Positions 8,294-20,237 of a stretch of DNA of 64,000 bases are shown here, one piece after another. The notes below the pieces were generated by a model. The model made no database searches, was not told the DNA's origin, and saw only the letters and a program-made list of their open reading frames with translations. The DNA comes from an uncultured delta proteobacterium (GTDB lineage: Bacteria; Myxococcota_A; Polyangia; Haliangiales; Haliangiaceae): the NCBI GenBank assembly GCA_963848295.1, contig CAWKDB010000010.1, forward strand, positions 576,001 to 640,000. The letters are read 5' to 3'. Each line of letters opens with the position of its first letter. Within the stretch, counting starts at the first letter, position 1. Position numbers and translations under genes: made by a program.

Positions 8294-10993
8294 ATGTCCG
8301 ACACGTTGTTGCCGCCGTCCAACATCACCCCGGTCTCGATCGAGACCGAGATGCGCAACTCGTTCATGGACTACGCCATGAGCGTGATCGTGGCGCGCGC
8401 CCTGCCCGACGCGCGCGACGGGCTGAAGCCGGTGCACCGGCGAATTCTCTACGCGCAGCGCGTGCTCAACAACACGTTCAACCGGCCGTACGTCAAGTGC
8501 GCGCGCGTCGTCGGCGACGTCATCGGCAAGTATCACCCGCACGGCGACGCCTCGGTCTACGACGCGCTCGTCCGCATGGCCCAAGACTTCTCGATGCGCT
8601 ACATGCTCGTCGATGGCCAGGGCAACTTCGGCTCGGTCGACGGTGATCCGCCGGCGGCGTATCGCTACACCGAGTGCCGGATGGCGAAGATCGCGGGCGA
8701 GATGCTCGCGGACATCGACAAAGAGACCGTCGATTGGCAGCCGAACTACGACGACAAAGAGCTCGAGCCGACGGTGCTCCCGAACCGCGTGCCGAACCTC
8801 CTGGTCAACGGCGCGACCGGCATCGCGGTCGGCATGGCGACGAACATCCCGCCGCACAACGTCGGCGAGATCATCGGCGGCGTGCTCGCGATGATCGCGA
8901 ATCCGCAGATCTCCGACGACGAGCTGCTAGCGATCGTCCCCGGCCCGGACTTTCCGACCGGCGGCGTGATCCAGGGCCGCGTCGGCATCATGTCCGCGTT
9001 CAAGACCGGGCGCGGCTCGATCTCGGTGCGCGGGGTCGCCCACACCGAGGAGATCCGCAAAGATCGCCAGGCGATCGTCGTGACCGAGCTGCCGTTCATG
9101 GTCAACAAGTCGCGGTGGATCGAGGCCTGCGCCGAGATGGTCCGCGACAAGAAGCTCGAGGGCATCTCCGATATTCGCGACGAAACGGCGCGCCAAGGCA
9201 TACGCGTCGTGTTCGAGCTCAAGCGCGATGCGTCCGACCAGGTCGTGCTCGCGAACTTGATGAAGTTCACGTCGCTGCAGTCGTCGTTCTCGATCAACAT
9301 GCTCGCGATCGTCGACGGCCGCCCGGTGTTGCTGTCGTTGCGCCGCGCGCTGCAAGTCTTTATCGAGCACCGCCGCGAGGTCGTCACGCGGCGGACGTTG
9401 TTCGATCTGCGCGAGGCGCGCAACCGGCGCGAGATCGTCGAGGGCTTGGGCCTCGCGGTGATCAACATCGATCGCGTGATCGAGATCATCCGCACGTCGA
9501 AGGACACCGACCAGGCCAAGGATCGGTTGATCGCCGAGCCGCTCGGCGGGCTCGGCGGATTCTTGGAGCGCGCGGGCCGCCCCGCCGATGAGGTCGCCGC
9601 CGCGAACGCGCGCAAGACCGTCACGCTGTCGGTCCGCCAGGCCCAGGCGATCCTCGAGATGCGGCTCGGCCGACTGACCGGCCTCGAGCGCGAAAAACTA
9701 GAAGCCGAATACAAAGAGCTGTGGGCGACCACCGACTACCTCGAAGGCCTGCTCGCCGACGACAAGAAGCTGATGGCGTGCATCGTCGACGAGCTCGACG
9801 CCGTGCGCACCGAGTTCGGCGACCAGCGCCGGACGAAGATCGTCGAAGCTGAAGGCGAGATCCTGACCGAGGAGCTGATCGACATCGAAGACATGGTCGT
9901 CACGCGCACCCGGCTCGGCTACATCAAGCGCACGAAGCTGCGCGAGTACCAGGCGCAAGGGCGCGGCGGCCGCGGGATCACCGGCGCGACGTCGACCGAG
10001 GGTGACTTCGTCGCCGACATGTTCGCGGCGTCGACCCACGATCACCTGCTGCTGTTCACCGACAAGGGCCGCGTCTATCACAAGAAGGTCTACGAGCTGC
10101 CCGAAGGTGCGCGCACCGCGAAGGGTCGCGCGATCGTCAACGTGCTCGCGCTGCAAGACGGCGAGCAAGTCGTGGCGATGCTGCCGTTCGCGGAGTTCGG
10201 CCCCGAGACGGAGACACCCGGTCCTGCGCCAGGGGGCGAGGCCGCCACGTTCGTGTTCTTCGCGACGCAATCGGGCACGGTCAAGAAGACCGAGCTGTCG
10301 GCGTTCGAGAACGTGCGCGAGTCGGGCATTCGCGCGATCACGATCGAAGACGGCGACCGCCTGGTCGGCGCGTCGCTCGTCACGAAAGCCGACGACGTCC
10401 TGCTGACCTCGGCCAAGGGCTTCGCGGTCCGGTTCACCGAGGAGCGGGTCCGCGCGATGGGTCGCAACGCGGCGGGCGTACGCGGCATCTCGCTGCGCGA
10501 CGGCGATCGCCTCGTCGGCATGTGCACGTTCGCGCGAGAGACCGACGCGACGCTGATCACGATGTGCGAGCGCGGCTATGGCAAGCGCACGTCGCTGAGC
10601 GATTACCCGACGAAGAATCGCGGTGGCAAGGGCGTCATCACGATCAAGACGACCGCGCGCAACGGCCACGTGTCCGGCGTGCGGATCGTGACCGAGGACG
10701 ATCACCTGATCCTGATCTCGGACCGCGGCAAGCTGATCCGGATCCGGGTCAAGGACATCCCGATCCAAGGCCGCGCGACCCAGGGCGTCCGGGTCATGCG
10801 CGTCGACGACGGCGAGCACGTCGCGGCGATCGAACGGCTCGCCGAGCCCGCCGACGAGAGCGGCATCGCCGAGGCCGCGCCGATCGAAGCGGTCGACGAC
10901 TCCGACACGATCCCGAACGAATCGCTCGAGGACGACGCCGAAGACGACGATGACGACGCCGCGCCCGACGACGATGCCGAGCCGGCGGAATAA
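8294..10993 (+). CDS. gyrA: DNA gyrase subunit A
   Basis: [29 protein letters not shown] catalytic Tyr, GyrA-box QGRGGRG, beta-pinwheel repeats, acidic tail. Confidence 0.98.
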   Translation: MSDTLLPPSNITPVSIETEMRNSFMDYAMSVIVARALPDARDGLKPVHRRILYAQRVLNNTFNRPYVKCARVVGDVIGKYHPHGDASVYDALVRMAQDFSMRYMLVDGQGNFGSVDGDPPAAYRYTECRMAKIAGEMLADIDKETVDWQPNYDDKELEPTVLPNRVPNLLVNGATGIAVGMATNIPPHNVGEIIGGVLAMIANPQISDDELLAIVPGPDFPTGGVIQGRVGIMSAFKTGRGSISVRGVAHTEEIRKDRQAIVVTELPFMVNKSRWIEACAEMVRDKKLEGISDIRDETARQGIRVVFELKRDASDQVVLANLMKFTSLQSSFSINMLAIVDGRPVLLSLRRALQVFIEHRREVVTRRTLFDLREARNRREIVEGLGLAVINIDRVIEIIRTSKDTDQAKDRLIAEPLGGLGGFLERAGRPADEVAAANARKTVTLSVRQAQAILEMRLGRLTGLEREKLEAEYKELWATTDYLEGLLADDKKLMACIVDELDAVRTEFGDQRRTKIVEAEGEILTEELIDIEDMVVTRTRLGYIKRTKLREYQAQGRGGRGITGATSTEGDFVADMFAASTHDHLLLFTDKGRVYHKKVYELPEGARTAKGRAIVNVLALQDGEQVVAMLPFAEFGPETETPGPAPGGEAATFVFFATQSGTVKKTELSAFENVRESGIRAITIEDGDRLVGASLVTKADDVLLTSAKGFAVRFTEERVRAMGRNAAGVRGISLRDGDRLVGMCTFARETDATLITMCERGYGKRTSLSDYPTKNRGGKGVITIKTTARNGHVSGVRIVTEDDHLILISDRGKLIRIRVKDIPIQGRATQGVRVMRVDDGEHVAAIERLAEPADESGIAEAAPIEAVDDSDTIPNESLEDDAEDDDDDAAPDDDAEPAE

Positions 10994-10995
10994 TC

Positions 10996-12267
10996 GTGGC
11001 GATCAAGCGCAGCCAAGCGATCTTCGAACGCGCGAAGCGAGTCATCCCCGGCGGCGTCAACTCGCCGGTGCGCGCGTGCCGCGCGGTCGGCGCCGACCCC
11101 GTGTTCGTCGCGCAAGGCGATGGCTCGACGATCACCGACGTCGACGGCAACAACTACATCGACCTGATCGGCAGCTGGGGTCCGCTGATCCTCGGCCACA
11201 GCCATCCCGAGATCCTCGACGCGATCCGCGAGGCGATGGGCTCGGGCACGACGTTCGGTGCGCCGACCGAGATCGAGGTCGAGTTCGCCGAGACCCTGCG
11301 CGCCGCGTATCCGTCGATGCAGATGGTGCGCGCGGTGTCGTCCGGCACCGAAGCGACGATGAGCGCGCTGCGGCTCGCGCGCGGGTTCACCGGCCGTGTG
11401 AAGATCATCAAAGCCGACGGCGGCTATCACGGTCACGCCGATTGCTTGCTCGTCGCCGCCGGCTCCGGCGCCGCGACGCTCGGCATCCCGGGCTCGGCCG
11501 GCGTGCCCGAAGGCGCCGCCCGAGACACGATCGTCGTGCCGTACAACGACCTGCCGTCGGTCGAACGCGCGCTCGCCGGCGGAGACGTCGCCGCGATCAT
11601 CATCGAGCCGGTCGCCGGCAACATGGGCCTCGTCGTCCCGGCCGTGGGCTACCTCGACGGCCTGCGCGCGCTGTGCACCCAGCACGGCACGCTGCTGATC
11701 TTCGACGAGGTCATGACCGGGTTCCGGGTCGCGTTCGGCGGTGCCCAGCAGCTCTACGGGATCACTCCCGACCTCACGACGATCGGCAAGGTCATCGGCG
11801 GCGGCTTGCCTGCCGCGGCGTTCGGCGGGCGCGCCGACATCATGCAGAAGCTCGCGCCGCTCGGCTCGGTCTATCAGGCCGGCACGCTCAGCGGCAACCC
11901 GCTCGCGATGACCGCCGGCAAGAAGGCGATGGAGCTGCTCGCCCGGCCGCGCACCTACGAGCGCCTCGAGCAGCTCGGCGCCCGGCTCGGCGACGGGCTC
12001 GCGGCCGCCGCGCGCGATGCAAAGGTCCCCGCCGTCGTCAATCGGGTCGGCTCGATGCTGACCCTGTTCTTCGCCAAGGGCCCGATCACCGACTACGCGA
12101 GCGCGAAGACCTCCGACGCCGCTCGGTTCGCGACGTTCTTCCGCGGCATGCGGGATCGCGGGGTATTCCTGCCGCCTTCGCAGTTCGAGGCGATGTTCGT
12201 CTCGCTCGCCCACACCGACGACGAGATCGATCAGGTGATCGCCGCGGCGCGCGCTGCGCTCGTTTGA
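10996..12267 (+). CDS. hemL: Glutamate-1-semialdehyde 2,1-aminomutase
   Basis: PGGVNSPVRA, SGTEATMSA, FDEVMTGFR, GKVIGGG (PLP Lys), YQAGTLSGNP, PPSQFE. Confidence 0.97.
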   Translation: MAIKRSQAIFERAKRVIPGGVNSPVRACRAVGADPVFVAQGDGSTITDVDGNNYIDLIGSWGPLILGHSHPEILDAIREAMGSGTTFGAPTEIEVEFAETLRAAYPSMQMVRAVSSGTEATMSALRLARGFTGRVKIIKADGGYHGHADCLLVAAGSGAATLGIPGSAGVPEGAARDTIVVPYNDLPSVERALAGGDVAAIIIEPVAGNMGLVVPAVGYLDGLRALCTQHGTLLIFDEVMTGFRVAFGGAQQLYGITPDLTTIGKVIGGGLPAAAFGGRADIMQKLAPLGSVYQAGTLSGNPLAMTAGKKAMELLARPRTYERLEQLGARLGDGLAAAARDAKVPAVVNRVGSMLTLFFAKGPITDYASAKTSDAARFATFFRGMRDRGVFLPPSQFEAMFVSLAHTDDEIDQVIAAARAALV

Positions 12268-12312
12268 TCGACCGCACCGCCCTCGCCGGCGTCAGGCGGC
12301 CGGCGCCGTCGA

Positions 12313-12341
12313 TTGACGCTGCAATTCGGGCGTGTTACGCA
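12313..12341 (+). promoter_or_regulatory. Candidate sigma-70 promoter of the atp Fo half-operon
   Basis: TTGACG, 17 nt, TACGCA with a TG extension. Confidence 0.45.
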
Positions 12342-12382
12342 CGCGCCCACTCGTGACGGCGACCCCTTCCCATCGCGGCGAA

Positions 12383-12670
12383 ATGTCGCAGGTTTCATTC
12401 TTGGGAGCCCCGCATCAAAACGACGTGCCCGGTACGAGCCAAGACCCGGCGAGCAAGCGCACGAAGGGCCTGTACCGCGCCCTCGGCGCGAGCTCGGTCG
12501 GCTTGGAGTTCGGCGTCGCGGTCGTGATCGGCGCGCTGTTCGGCAACTGGCTCGACGGCCGGTTCGGCACCGCGCCGTGGCTGCTGATCGCGTTCACGAT
12601 CATCGGCTTCGTCGCCGGGCTGCGCGCGGTGTTGCGCGCGGTCGCCCGGATGAATCGCGGTGCCGAGTGA
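12383..12670 (+). CDS. AtpZ/AtpI family protein (ATPase gene 1); alternative start GTG 12425
   Basis: SSVGLEFGVAVVIGALFGNWLDGRFGTAPWLLI motif, two TM helices, first gene of the atp cluster. Confidence 0.85.
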   Translation: MSQVSFLGAPHQNDVPGTSQDPASKRTKGLYRALGASSVGLEFGVAVVIGALFGNWLDGRFGTAPWLLIAFTIIGFVAGLRAVLRAVARMNRGAE

Positions 12671-13065
12671 CGGCCCCGAGCATCGCGCGCATCGAGCGGT
12701 TGAACTACGTGATCGGCGGCATCGTGGTGCTCGTCGCCGCGCTGACCCAGCCGCGAGCGGTCGGGCTCGGCGTCGCGGTCGGCGTCGCGTTGACCTGCCT
12801 CAACTTCTTCGTGCTGCGCCGGCTCGTCGTCAAGTGGCTCGCCGATGCCGCCTCCGGCAAGAGCACCGCCGCGCCGTTGCTGATGATGCCGAAGATGATC
12901 TTGCTGATGGGAGCGGTCGTCGCATCGATCGCGTTCCTGCCGATCGATGCGATCGCGTTCATCGTCGGCTATTCGATCTTTATCCTCTCGATCATGATCG
13001 AGACGTTGTCCAGCATGATGCGTACGCCGCCGAGCGCTGCTTCGACCGAGGAAGACCATGGGTGA
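12667..13065 (+). CDS. atpI: ATP synthase subunit I
   Basis: Four TM helices; GTG overlaps the atpZ stop; lies directly before atpB. Confidence 0.75.
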   Translation: MTAPSIARIERLNYVIGGIVVLVAALTQPRAVGLGVAVGVALTCLNFFVLRRLVVKWLADAASGKSTAAPLLMMPKMILLMGAVVASIAFLPIDAIAFIVGYSIFILSIMIETLSSMMRTPPSAASTEEDHG

Positions 13066-13835
13066 ACACGGCACCTGGTTCGATTACTTGAACCGGTTCT
13101 CGTGGTGGCACGACGCCAGCGCGAGTCTCCAACATCTACTCGGCCGCTCCGGCGACGCCCCGATCATCGGGCGGAGCGAGTGGTCGCTCACTCACGTCCT
13201 CGCCACGATCCTCGTGCTGATGTTCGTCATCTGGGGCAGCGTGGCGTTCTTCCGCGGCACGAAAACGGCGGACCAGGGGCTCGTGCCGCCGCGCAAGATG
13301 GACCTACGGAACTTCTTCGAGTACATCGCGGAGAGCGTCTACGGCATGGTCGAGGGTGCGATCGGCAAGGACGAACGCCGCGCGGTTCTTCCCGCTGATC
13401 GGTGCGCTGTTTCTGTTCATCTTGTTCGCCAACTTGATAGGGCTCATCCCGGGCTTCATCTCGCCCGACGACACGCTCAAGACCAACGTCGGCCTCGCGC
13501 TGATGGTGTTCGTGCTGACCCACTTCTACGGCTTCAAGGAGCACGGGATCGGCTACCTCAAACACTTCCTCGGTCCGTCGCTGTGGCTCGCGCCGCTGAT
13601 GCTGCCGATCGAGCTGGTCAGCCACCTCGCCCGCCCGGTGTCGCTGTCGGTGCGGTTGATGGGCAACATGCTCGCCGACCACAAGGTCGTGTTCGCGTTC
13701 TTCGCGCTGATCCCGCTGGTCGTGCCGCTACCGTTCATGCTGCTCGGCCTGCTCGTCTGCTTCATCCAAGCGCTCGTGTTCTGCACGCTGACGATGGTTT
13801 ATCTGTCGATGGCGGTGTCACACGCCGAGCACTGA
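13058..13835 (+). pseudogene. atpB: F0F1 ATP synthase subunit a, split by an apparent single-base frameshift near 13370 (possibly a sequencing error)
   Basis: One frame gives ...VPPRKMDLRNFFEYIAESVYGMVEGAIGK; the next continues NAARFFPLIGALFLFILFANLIGLIPG...PIELVSHLARPVSLSVRLMGNM...IQALVFCTLTMVYL. Confidence 0.9.
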
Positions 13836-13907
13836 AATCGCACCTTCCTCGCTTTACCCAGCATCCAAACCACGTTAAATAACCGCCGCGCGACCAAGGA
13901 GAGCTCC

Positions 13908-14261
13908 ATGAACCGCACCATCAAGTTCCTCGCACCCATCGTCACCGTGCTCGTCATCCTCGGTATCTCGTCCCTCGCGTTCGCGCAGGGTGCGGATGCC
14001 GCGGTGGTCAAGCAGCAAGGTCTGGCCTCGAACTACGGTCTGATCGCGATGGGCGCCGGCCTCGCGATCGGGCTCGCAGCACTCGGTGGTGGCATCGGCC
14101 AGGGCCGCGCCGCCGGTGCCGCGCTCGACGGCATCGCTCGCAACCCGGCCGCCGCGAGCAAGATCAGCGGCCCGATGATCCTCGGCCTCGCGCTGATCGA
14201 GTCGCTCGTGATCTACGCGCTCATCATCGCGTTCATCCTGTCGGGCAAAGTCGGCGGCTAA
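13908..14261 (+). CDS. atpE: ATP synthase subunit c with an N-terminal signal-like extension
   Basis: GGGIGQG, ARNP loop, [10 protein letters not shown] with the essential Glu; SD AAGGAG upstream. Confidence 0.95.
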   Translation: MNRTIKFLAPIVTVLVILGISSLAFAQGADAAVVKQQGLASNYGLIAMGAGLAIGLAALGGGIGQGRAAGAALDGIARNPAAASKISGPMILGLALIESLVIYALIIAFILSGKVGG

Positions 14262-14288
14262 CCGAGCTCGGCGCGCGACGTGGAAGTG

Positions 14289-14319
14289 AAGCGGCCCGCC
14301 TCGGGCCGTTTTGCGTTTT
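14289..14319 (+). terminator. Rho-independent terminator after atpE
   Basis: AAGCGGCCCG-cct-CGGGCCGTTT stem followed by TGCGTTTT. Confidence 0.7.
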
Positions 14320-14347
14320 CGGAGGGTGTGTGGGACGCTTCTCCGAG

Positions 14348-14851
<504 letters not shown>

Positions 14852-15394
14852 ATGAAGCTCGCGGCGTGTGCGCTCGTACTCGCAGCATCTGCCGCGTCGG
14901 CAGAGCCGCTGCCGCCCGGTTCGCTCAGCCTCGCCGGCGGCATGTTCAGCGGCACCGGCGCCGACGCTGACCCGCTCGGCTTCGGCTATCGCATCGGCGC
15001 GATGGCGGCGTGGCAACCGATCAGCACCGAGCGGCGTTGGGGCTGGGCGGTGCGGTGGTCGACGCTGTTCGGTCGGATGTGGGACGCGAGCGCGGCGAAG
15101 GTGTCGTCGGGCCTGCTGACCGTCGACATGGATCTCACCGTCGGCCTGCGGTTCCGGCCGTGGTCGACGCCGACCCGCTACCTGACCGCGCGACTCGGCG
15201 GCATGTTGCTGCGGGCCAACGAACCGATCCCGCCGAAGGAGCAACGCGCATTTCTCGGCGGCGTGGGAAGCGTCGGGCTCGATCAATACATCGGCGGCGT
15301 CGCGATGCTCAATGTCGACGTTCGCTACGGGTTGCTCGGCGGCGGGCCCGAAGGCGTCGCGTTGATCATCGGCATCGGGGTCGTCGGGCCGTGA
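14852..15394 (+). CDS. Putative small outer-membrane beta-barrel protein
   Basis: Signal peptide (ASA-E); alternating amphipathic beta segments (DLTVGLRF, GSVGLDQY, NVDVRYG). Confidence 0.55.
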   Translation: MKLAACALVLAASAASAEPLPPGSLSLAGGMFSGTGADADPLGFGYRIGAMAAWQPISTERRWGWAVRWSTLFGRMWDASAAKVSSGLLTVDMDLTVGLRFRPWSTPTRYLTARLGGMLLRANEPIPPKEQRAFLGGVGSVGLDQYIGGVAMLNVDVRYGLLGGGPEGVALIIGIGVVGP

Positions 15395-15413
15395 TCCCGC
15401 GGAGCTACGCGTA

Positions 15414-15935
15414 ATGCCCGAGCTCGTCACCGCGCGGTGTCGGCTCGTCCGGATCACGCTCGCCGCGGTCGAAGCGGTGTTGCGCCACGACCGAGCCGCT
15501 GCCGAAGCCGCGATCGGCGCCGCGTTCCCCGACGCCTGGCCGAACGACGATCTCGTCGCGCGCGCGTTCCCGGTCTCGCTCGACGCGATCCGCGCCGACC
15601 CCGAGGTGCGGCTGTGGGGTGATTCGATGGTGCTCGTTCGTGACGAGCCGCGCGTCGTAGGCAGCATCGTATTCCACGGCTTCCCCGCCGACGGCATCGC
15701 CGAGGTCGCGTACGGCATCGAGGAGGGCTCGCGCCGCCAGGGGCTCGCGGCCGAAGCCACGCTCGCGTGCGTCGAGTGGGCGCTCGCACAACCCGGGATT
15801 CGCGCGGTGCAAGCGACGACGTTTCCCTGGCACGAAGCGTCGCTCGGCGTGATTCGCAAGGTCGGCATGACGCCGGCCGGGACGCGGACGCACGACGTTC
15901 TCGGCGAGCTGCTCGTGTTCGAGCGCCGGAGCTGA
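15414..15935 (+). CDS. GNAT N-acetyltransferase (RimJ/RimL type)
   Basis: LVTARCRL, EVAYGI...RRQGLAAEA, AS..VIRKVGM. Confidence 0.85.
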   Translation: MPELVTARCRLVRITLAAVEAVLRHDRAAAEAAIGAAFPDAWPNDDLVARAFPVSLDAIRADPEVRLWGDSMVLVRDEPRVVGSIVFHGFPADGIAEVAYGIEEGSRRQGLAAEATLACVEWALAQPGIRAVQATTFPWHEASLGVIRKVGMTPAGTRTHDVLGELLVFERRS

Positions 15936-15951
15936 GACCGGGCCGTGACAG

Positions 15952-17073
15952 CTATCGGCGACGGCGGCGCAGCACGACGCCGCCGACCAGCAGCAGGCCG
16001 AGCATCGCGGTGGGTGCGCCCCGCCCGCTCGAATCGCAGCAACCGCCCGAGCTCTCGCTCACGAGGCACGCCCCGTTGCCGCCGCCGACGTCGACGCAGT
16101 CGAAGTCTTTCGGGCACTGGTCGGAGCCGGCCGGCATGCACATCATCGTGCAGATGGCGCCGCTGCCGGGGTTCTGGCACTCGTTCGAATCGCAATCGCC
16201 GTTCTTGGTGCACATCTCACCGAGCCCGCCGGGTGTGAACGGCTTGACGATGCACGCCTGGTTGAAACAGATGTCGGTGCTATCGCAATCCGAGTCCGTC
16301 GTGCAGGTCGTCTGCAACATGACGTTCGAGAGGATGAACGCGGCCTCGGCGTCGACGCGCGTATCGGCGCCGAGCGTCGCGCAGTTCTGATCGCCGAACG
16401 ACGTGATGCCGACCTCGAGCGTCTTGCCGCCGATCATCGCGAACGACGGGCCGCCCGAGTCACCTTCGCACTTGCCCTTGCCGTTGCTCTGGTCGTAGCA
16501 GAGCAAGTTCGCATTGCCGCCCGGCACGTCGGCCTCGCACGACACGACCGTCTGCTGCACGACGTTCTCGACGCCGACGCTGTTGCCGTCACCGGCGGTG
16601 CTCTCGCCGAAGCCGACTTGGGTGACGACCGTGCCGATCGGCGCGTCGGTCGCGGTGAAGTTGAGCTTGACCGGCGTGATCGTCGTCATCGGCGTGGTCA
16701 GCTTGATCAGGCCCGCGTCGTGCGAGCCGCTCGTGACGTACATCGGATCGGGGATCGTGGCCGATGCGGTGACGACCGTGCCGAGGCCGCGGGTGATGTC
16801 GACGGTGTTGAAGTAGACCATCACGCTCGCGGTGAGCGCGGCTTGCGTCGACACGTTGACATCGGATGGCGTGACGCAGTGGCCGGCGGTGAGGATCCAC
16901 GACGGATCGATCAGCGTGCCGGTGCACAGGCCATCGCCGACGACGACCGCGACGACCGCGGGGTACTCGCCGACCGTGGCCTTGGTGCCGCCGAGGATCG
17001 GATCCGCAATGCCGTCGGCGAACGCCGCCGGAGCCACCGCGACGAACGCGAGAACGACGAGCCACCTGCGCAT
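15952..17073 (-). CDS. Secreted S1 (trypsin-like) serine protease with Cys-rich repeats and a MYXO-CTERM-type tail
   Basis: ILGG, LTAGHC, HDAGLIKL and GDSGGP triad; tail SSGGCC...hydrophobic helix-RRRRR. Confidence 0.92.
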   Translation of the reverse strand: MRRWLVVLAFVAVAPAAFADGIADPILGGTKATVGEYPAVVAVVVGDGLCTGTLIDPSWILTAGHCVTPSDVNVSTQAALTASVMVYFNTVDITRGLGTVVTASATIPDPMYVTSGSHDAGLIKLTTPMTTITPVKLNFTATDAPIGTVVTQVGFGESTAGDGNSVGVENVVQQTVVSCEADVPGGNANLLCYDQSNGKGKCEGDSGGPSFAMIGGKTLEVGITSFGDQNCATLGADTRVDAEAAFILSNVMLQTTCTTDSDCDSTDICFNQACIVKPFTPGGLGEMCTKNGDCDSNECQNPGSGAICTMMCMPAGSDQCPKDFDCVDVGGGNGACLVSESSGGCCDSSGRGAPTAMLGLLLVGGVVLRRRRR

Positions 17074-17113
17074 CTAGCGAGCATCGACGAGCCGGGCGCG
17101 CAGCGCAAGGGAA

Positions 17114-17586
17114 CTATGCGGACCGCCGCCGCTGCCACTTCCCGGACTTGCCACCGCGCTTCTCGTCGAGTCGGATCGCCGAGATCACGATGCCGCGGTC
17201 GACCGCTTTGCACATGTCGTACACGGTCAGCGCCGCGCCCGCGACCGCCGCGAGCGCCTCCATCTCGACCCCGCTGCGGTCGAACGCCGAGACCTTCGCC
17301 GTGATCCGGACAACATTGCGCACGACCCGGAGCGCGACCTCGACCCCGGTCAGCCGGATCGGATGGCACAGCGGCACGAGCTCGGGCGTGCGCTTCGCGG
17401 CCTGGATCCCGGCGAGGCGCGCGACCGCGAGCACGTCGCCTTTGCCGAGCGCGCCCTTGCGAATCGCTCGCGCGGTGGCCGGCTCGACCACGACCTCGCC
17501 GCTCGCGATCGCGGTGCGAGCCGTCTCGGGCTTCGCGCTGACGTCGACGACGTGTGCGTCGCCCGCACGCGTGAAGTGCGTCAGCT

Positions 17587-17590
<4 letters not shown>
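17114..17590 (-). CDS. moaC: Cyclic pyranopterin monophosphate synthase
   Basis: VDVSAK, KGDVLAVARLAGIQAAKRT..LVPLCHP, GVEMEAL, YDMCKAVD, KRGGKSG; ATG overlaps the glmS stop. Confidence 0.95.
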
Positions 17591-19416
<1,826 letters not shown>

Positions 19417-19422
19417 GGCGGG

Positions 19423-19632
19423 CTACTTCGTCGCGCTGCCACTGCCGGCGGCCGGCGCCGCGCTGCCTGCATCAGGCGCATCGTCTTCGTCGATCCCGGT
19501 GATGTCGCTGATGTCCGGGGCCTTGTACTGCACGAGCGGCGAATCGACCGGCAACCTGCCGCCCGAGCCATGACCGCAGGCCGCGAGCGCAGTGGACGCG
19601 AGGATGGCAAGGAACAAGGCGCGGATCGTCAT
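19423..19632 (-). CDS. Small lipoprotein (69 aa)
   Basis: MTIRALFLAILASTALAA-C lipobox; acidic and GSA-rich tail; ends 6 nt before glmS. Confidence 0.7.
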   Translation of the reverse strand: MTIRALFLAILASTALAACGHGSGGRLPVDSPLVQYKAPDISDITGIDEDDAPDAGSAAPAAGSGSATK

Positions 19633-19681
19633 CACCGAGGACGCTACCATCTTTTTCCGCCGGTTGTGGCACGCTCGCCGC

Positions 19682-20209
19682 GTGCTCTTGCGCGTGACCA
19701 GAGGCGCGATCCGCGACGGCGCGATCCGCGATGCCGTCGTGCGAGCGCACGCCATCACCGGCGGCGGCGATGGCGCCGAGCTCGCGTTCGCCTTCGCCGG
19801 CAACGTCGCCCGGCCCGAGCCGCTCGCCTCGGGGGAGCTCCGCCGCCAGCTCGGCCTCAAGCTGCGCGCCGCGAACACGTGCAACGTGATCTACGTGATG
19901 TGGCCAGTCGCCGGCGCGCGGCTCGCGGTCTCGGTCAAGCGCAACCCCGGAGCGCGCACCCACGCCGACTGTGGCGCGCGTGGCTACACCGACGTCGCCG
20001 CCGCCTGGGCCAAGCCGCCCCCGCCGCTCGTGATCGGCGCGCGCCACGTGCTCGTCGCCGAGCTGATCGGCGACGAGCTGACCGCGGCGATCGACGGCGA
20101 GATGGTCTGGCGCGGTGCGCTGCCCGCGCTCGCCCGCGACCTCGTAGGGCCGATCGGCCTGCGCACCGACAACGTGATGCTCGACGCGATCGAGCTCGCG
20201 GCTCGGTAG
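19682..20209 (+). CDS. Hypothetical protein, probable lectin/ConA-like beta-sandwich (start uncertain)
   Basis: PLASGELRRQLGLKLRAANTCNVIYVMW, SVKRNPG..TH.DCG.RGY, GPIGLRTDN; GC3-rich frame. Confidence 0.6.
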   Translation: MLLRVTRGAIRDGAIRDAVVRAHAITGGGDGAELAFAFAGNVARPEPLASGELRRQLGLKLRAANTCNVIYVMWPVAGARLAVSVKRNPGARTHADCGARGYTDVAAAWAKPPPPLVIGARHVLVAELIGDELTAAIDGEMVWRGALPALARDLVGPIGLRTDNVMLDAIELAAR

Positions 20210-20237
20210 CTCCTCTCCGGCCTGGTAGGCTTGGTAC

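Noticed and set aside
13360..13380. Programmed ribosomal frameshift in atpB
   Set aside because: No slippery sequence, hungry codon or stop at the junction; an indel is more parsimonious
19417..19640. glmS ribozyme upstream of glmS
   Set aside because: The space is occupied by a small lipoprotein gene ending 6 nt before glmS; no ribozyme core recognised
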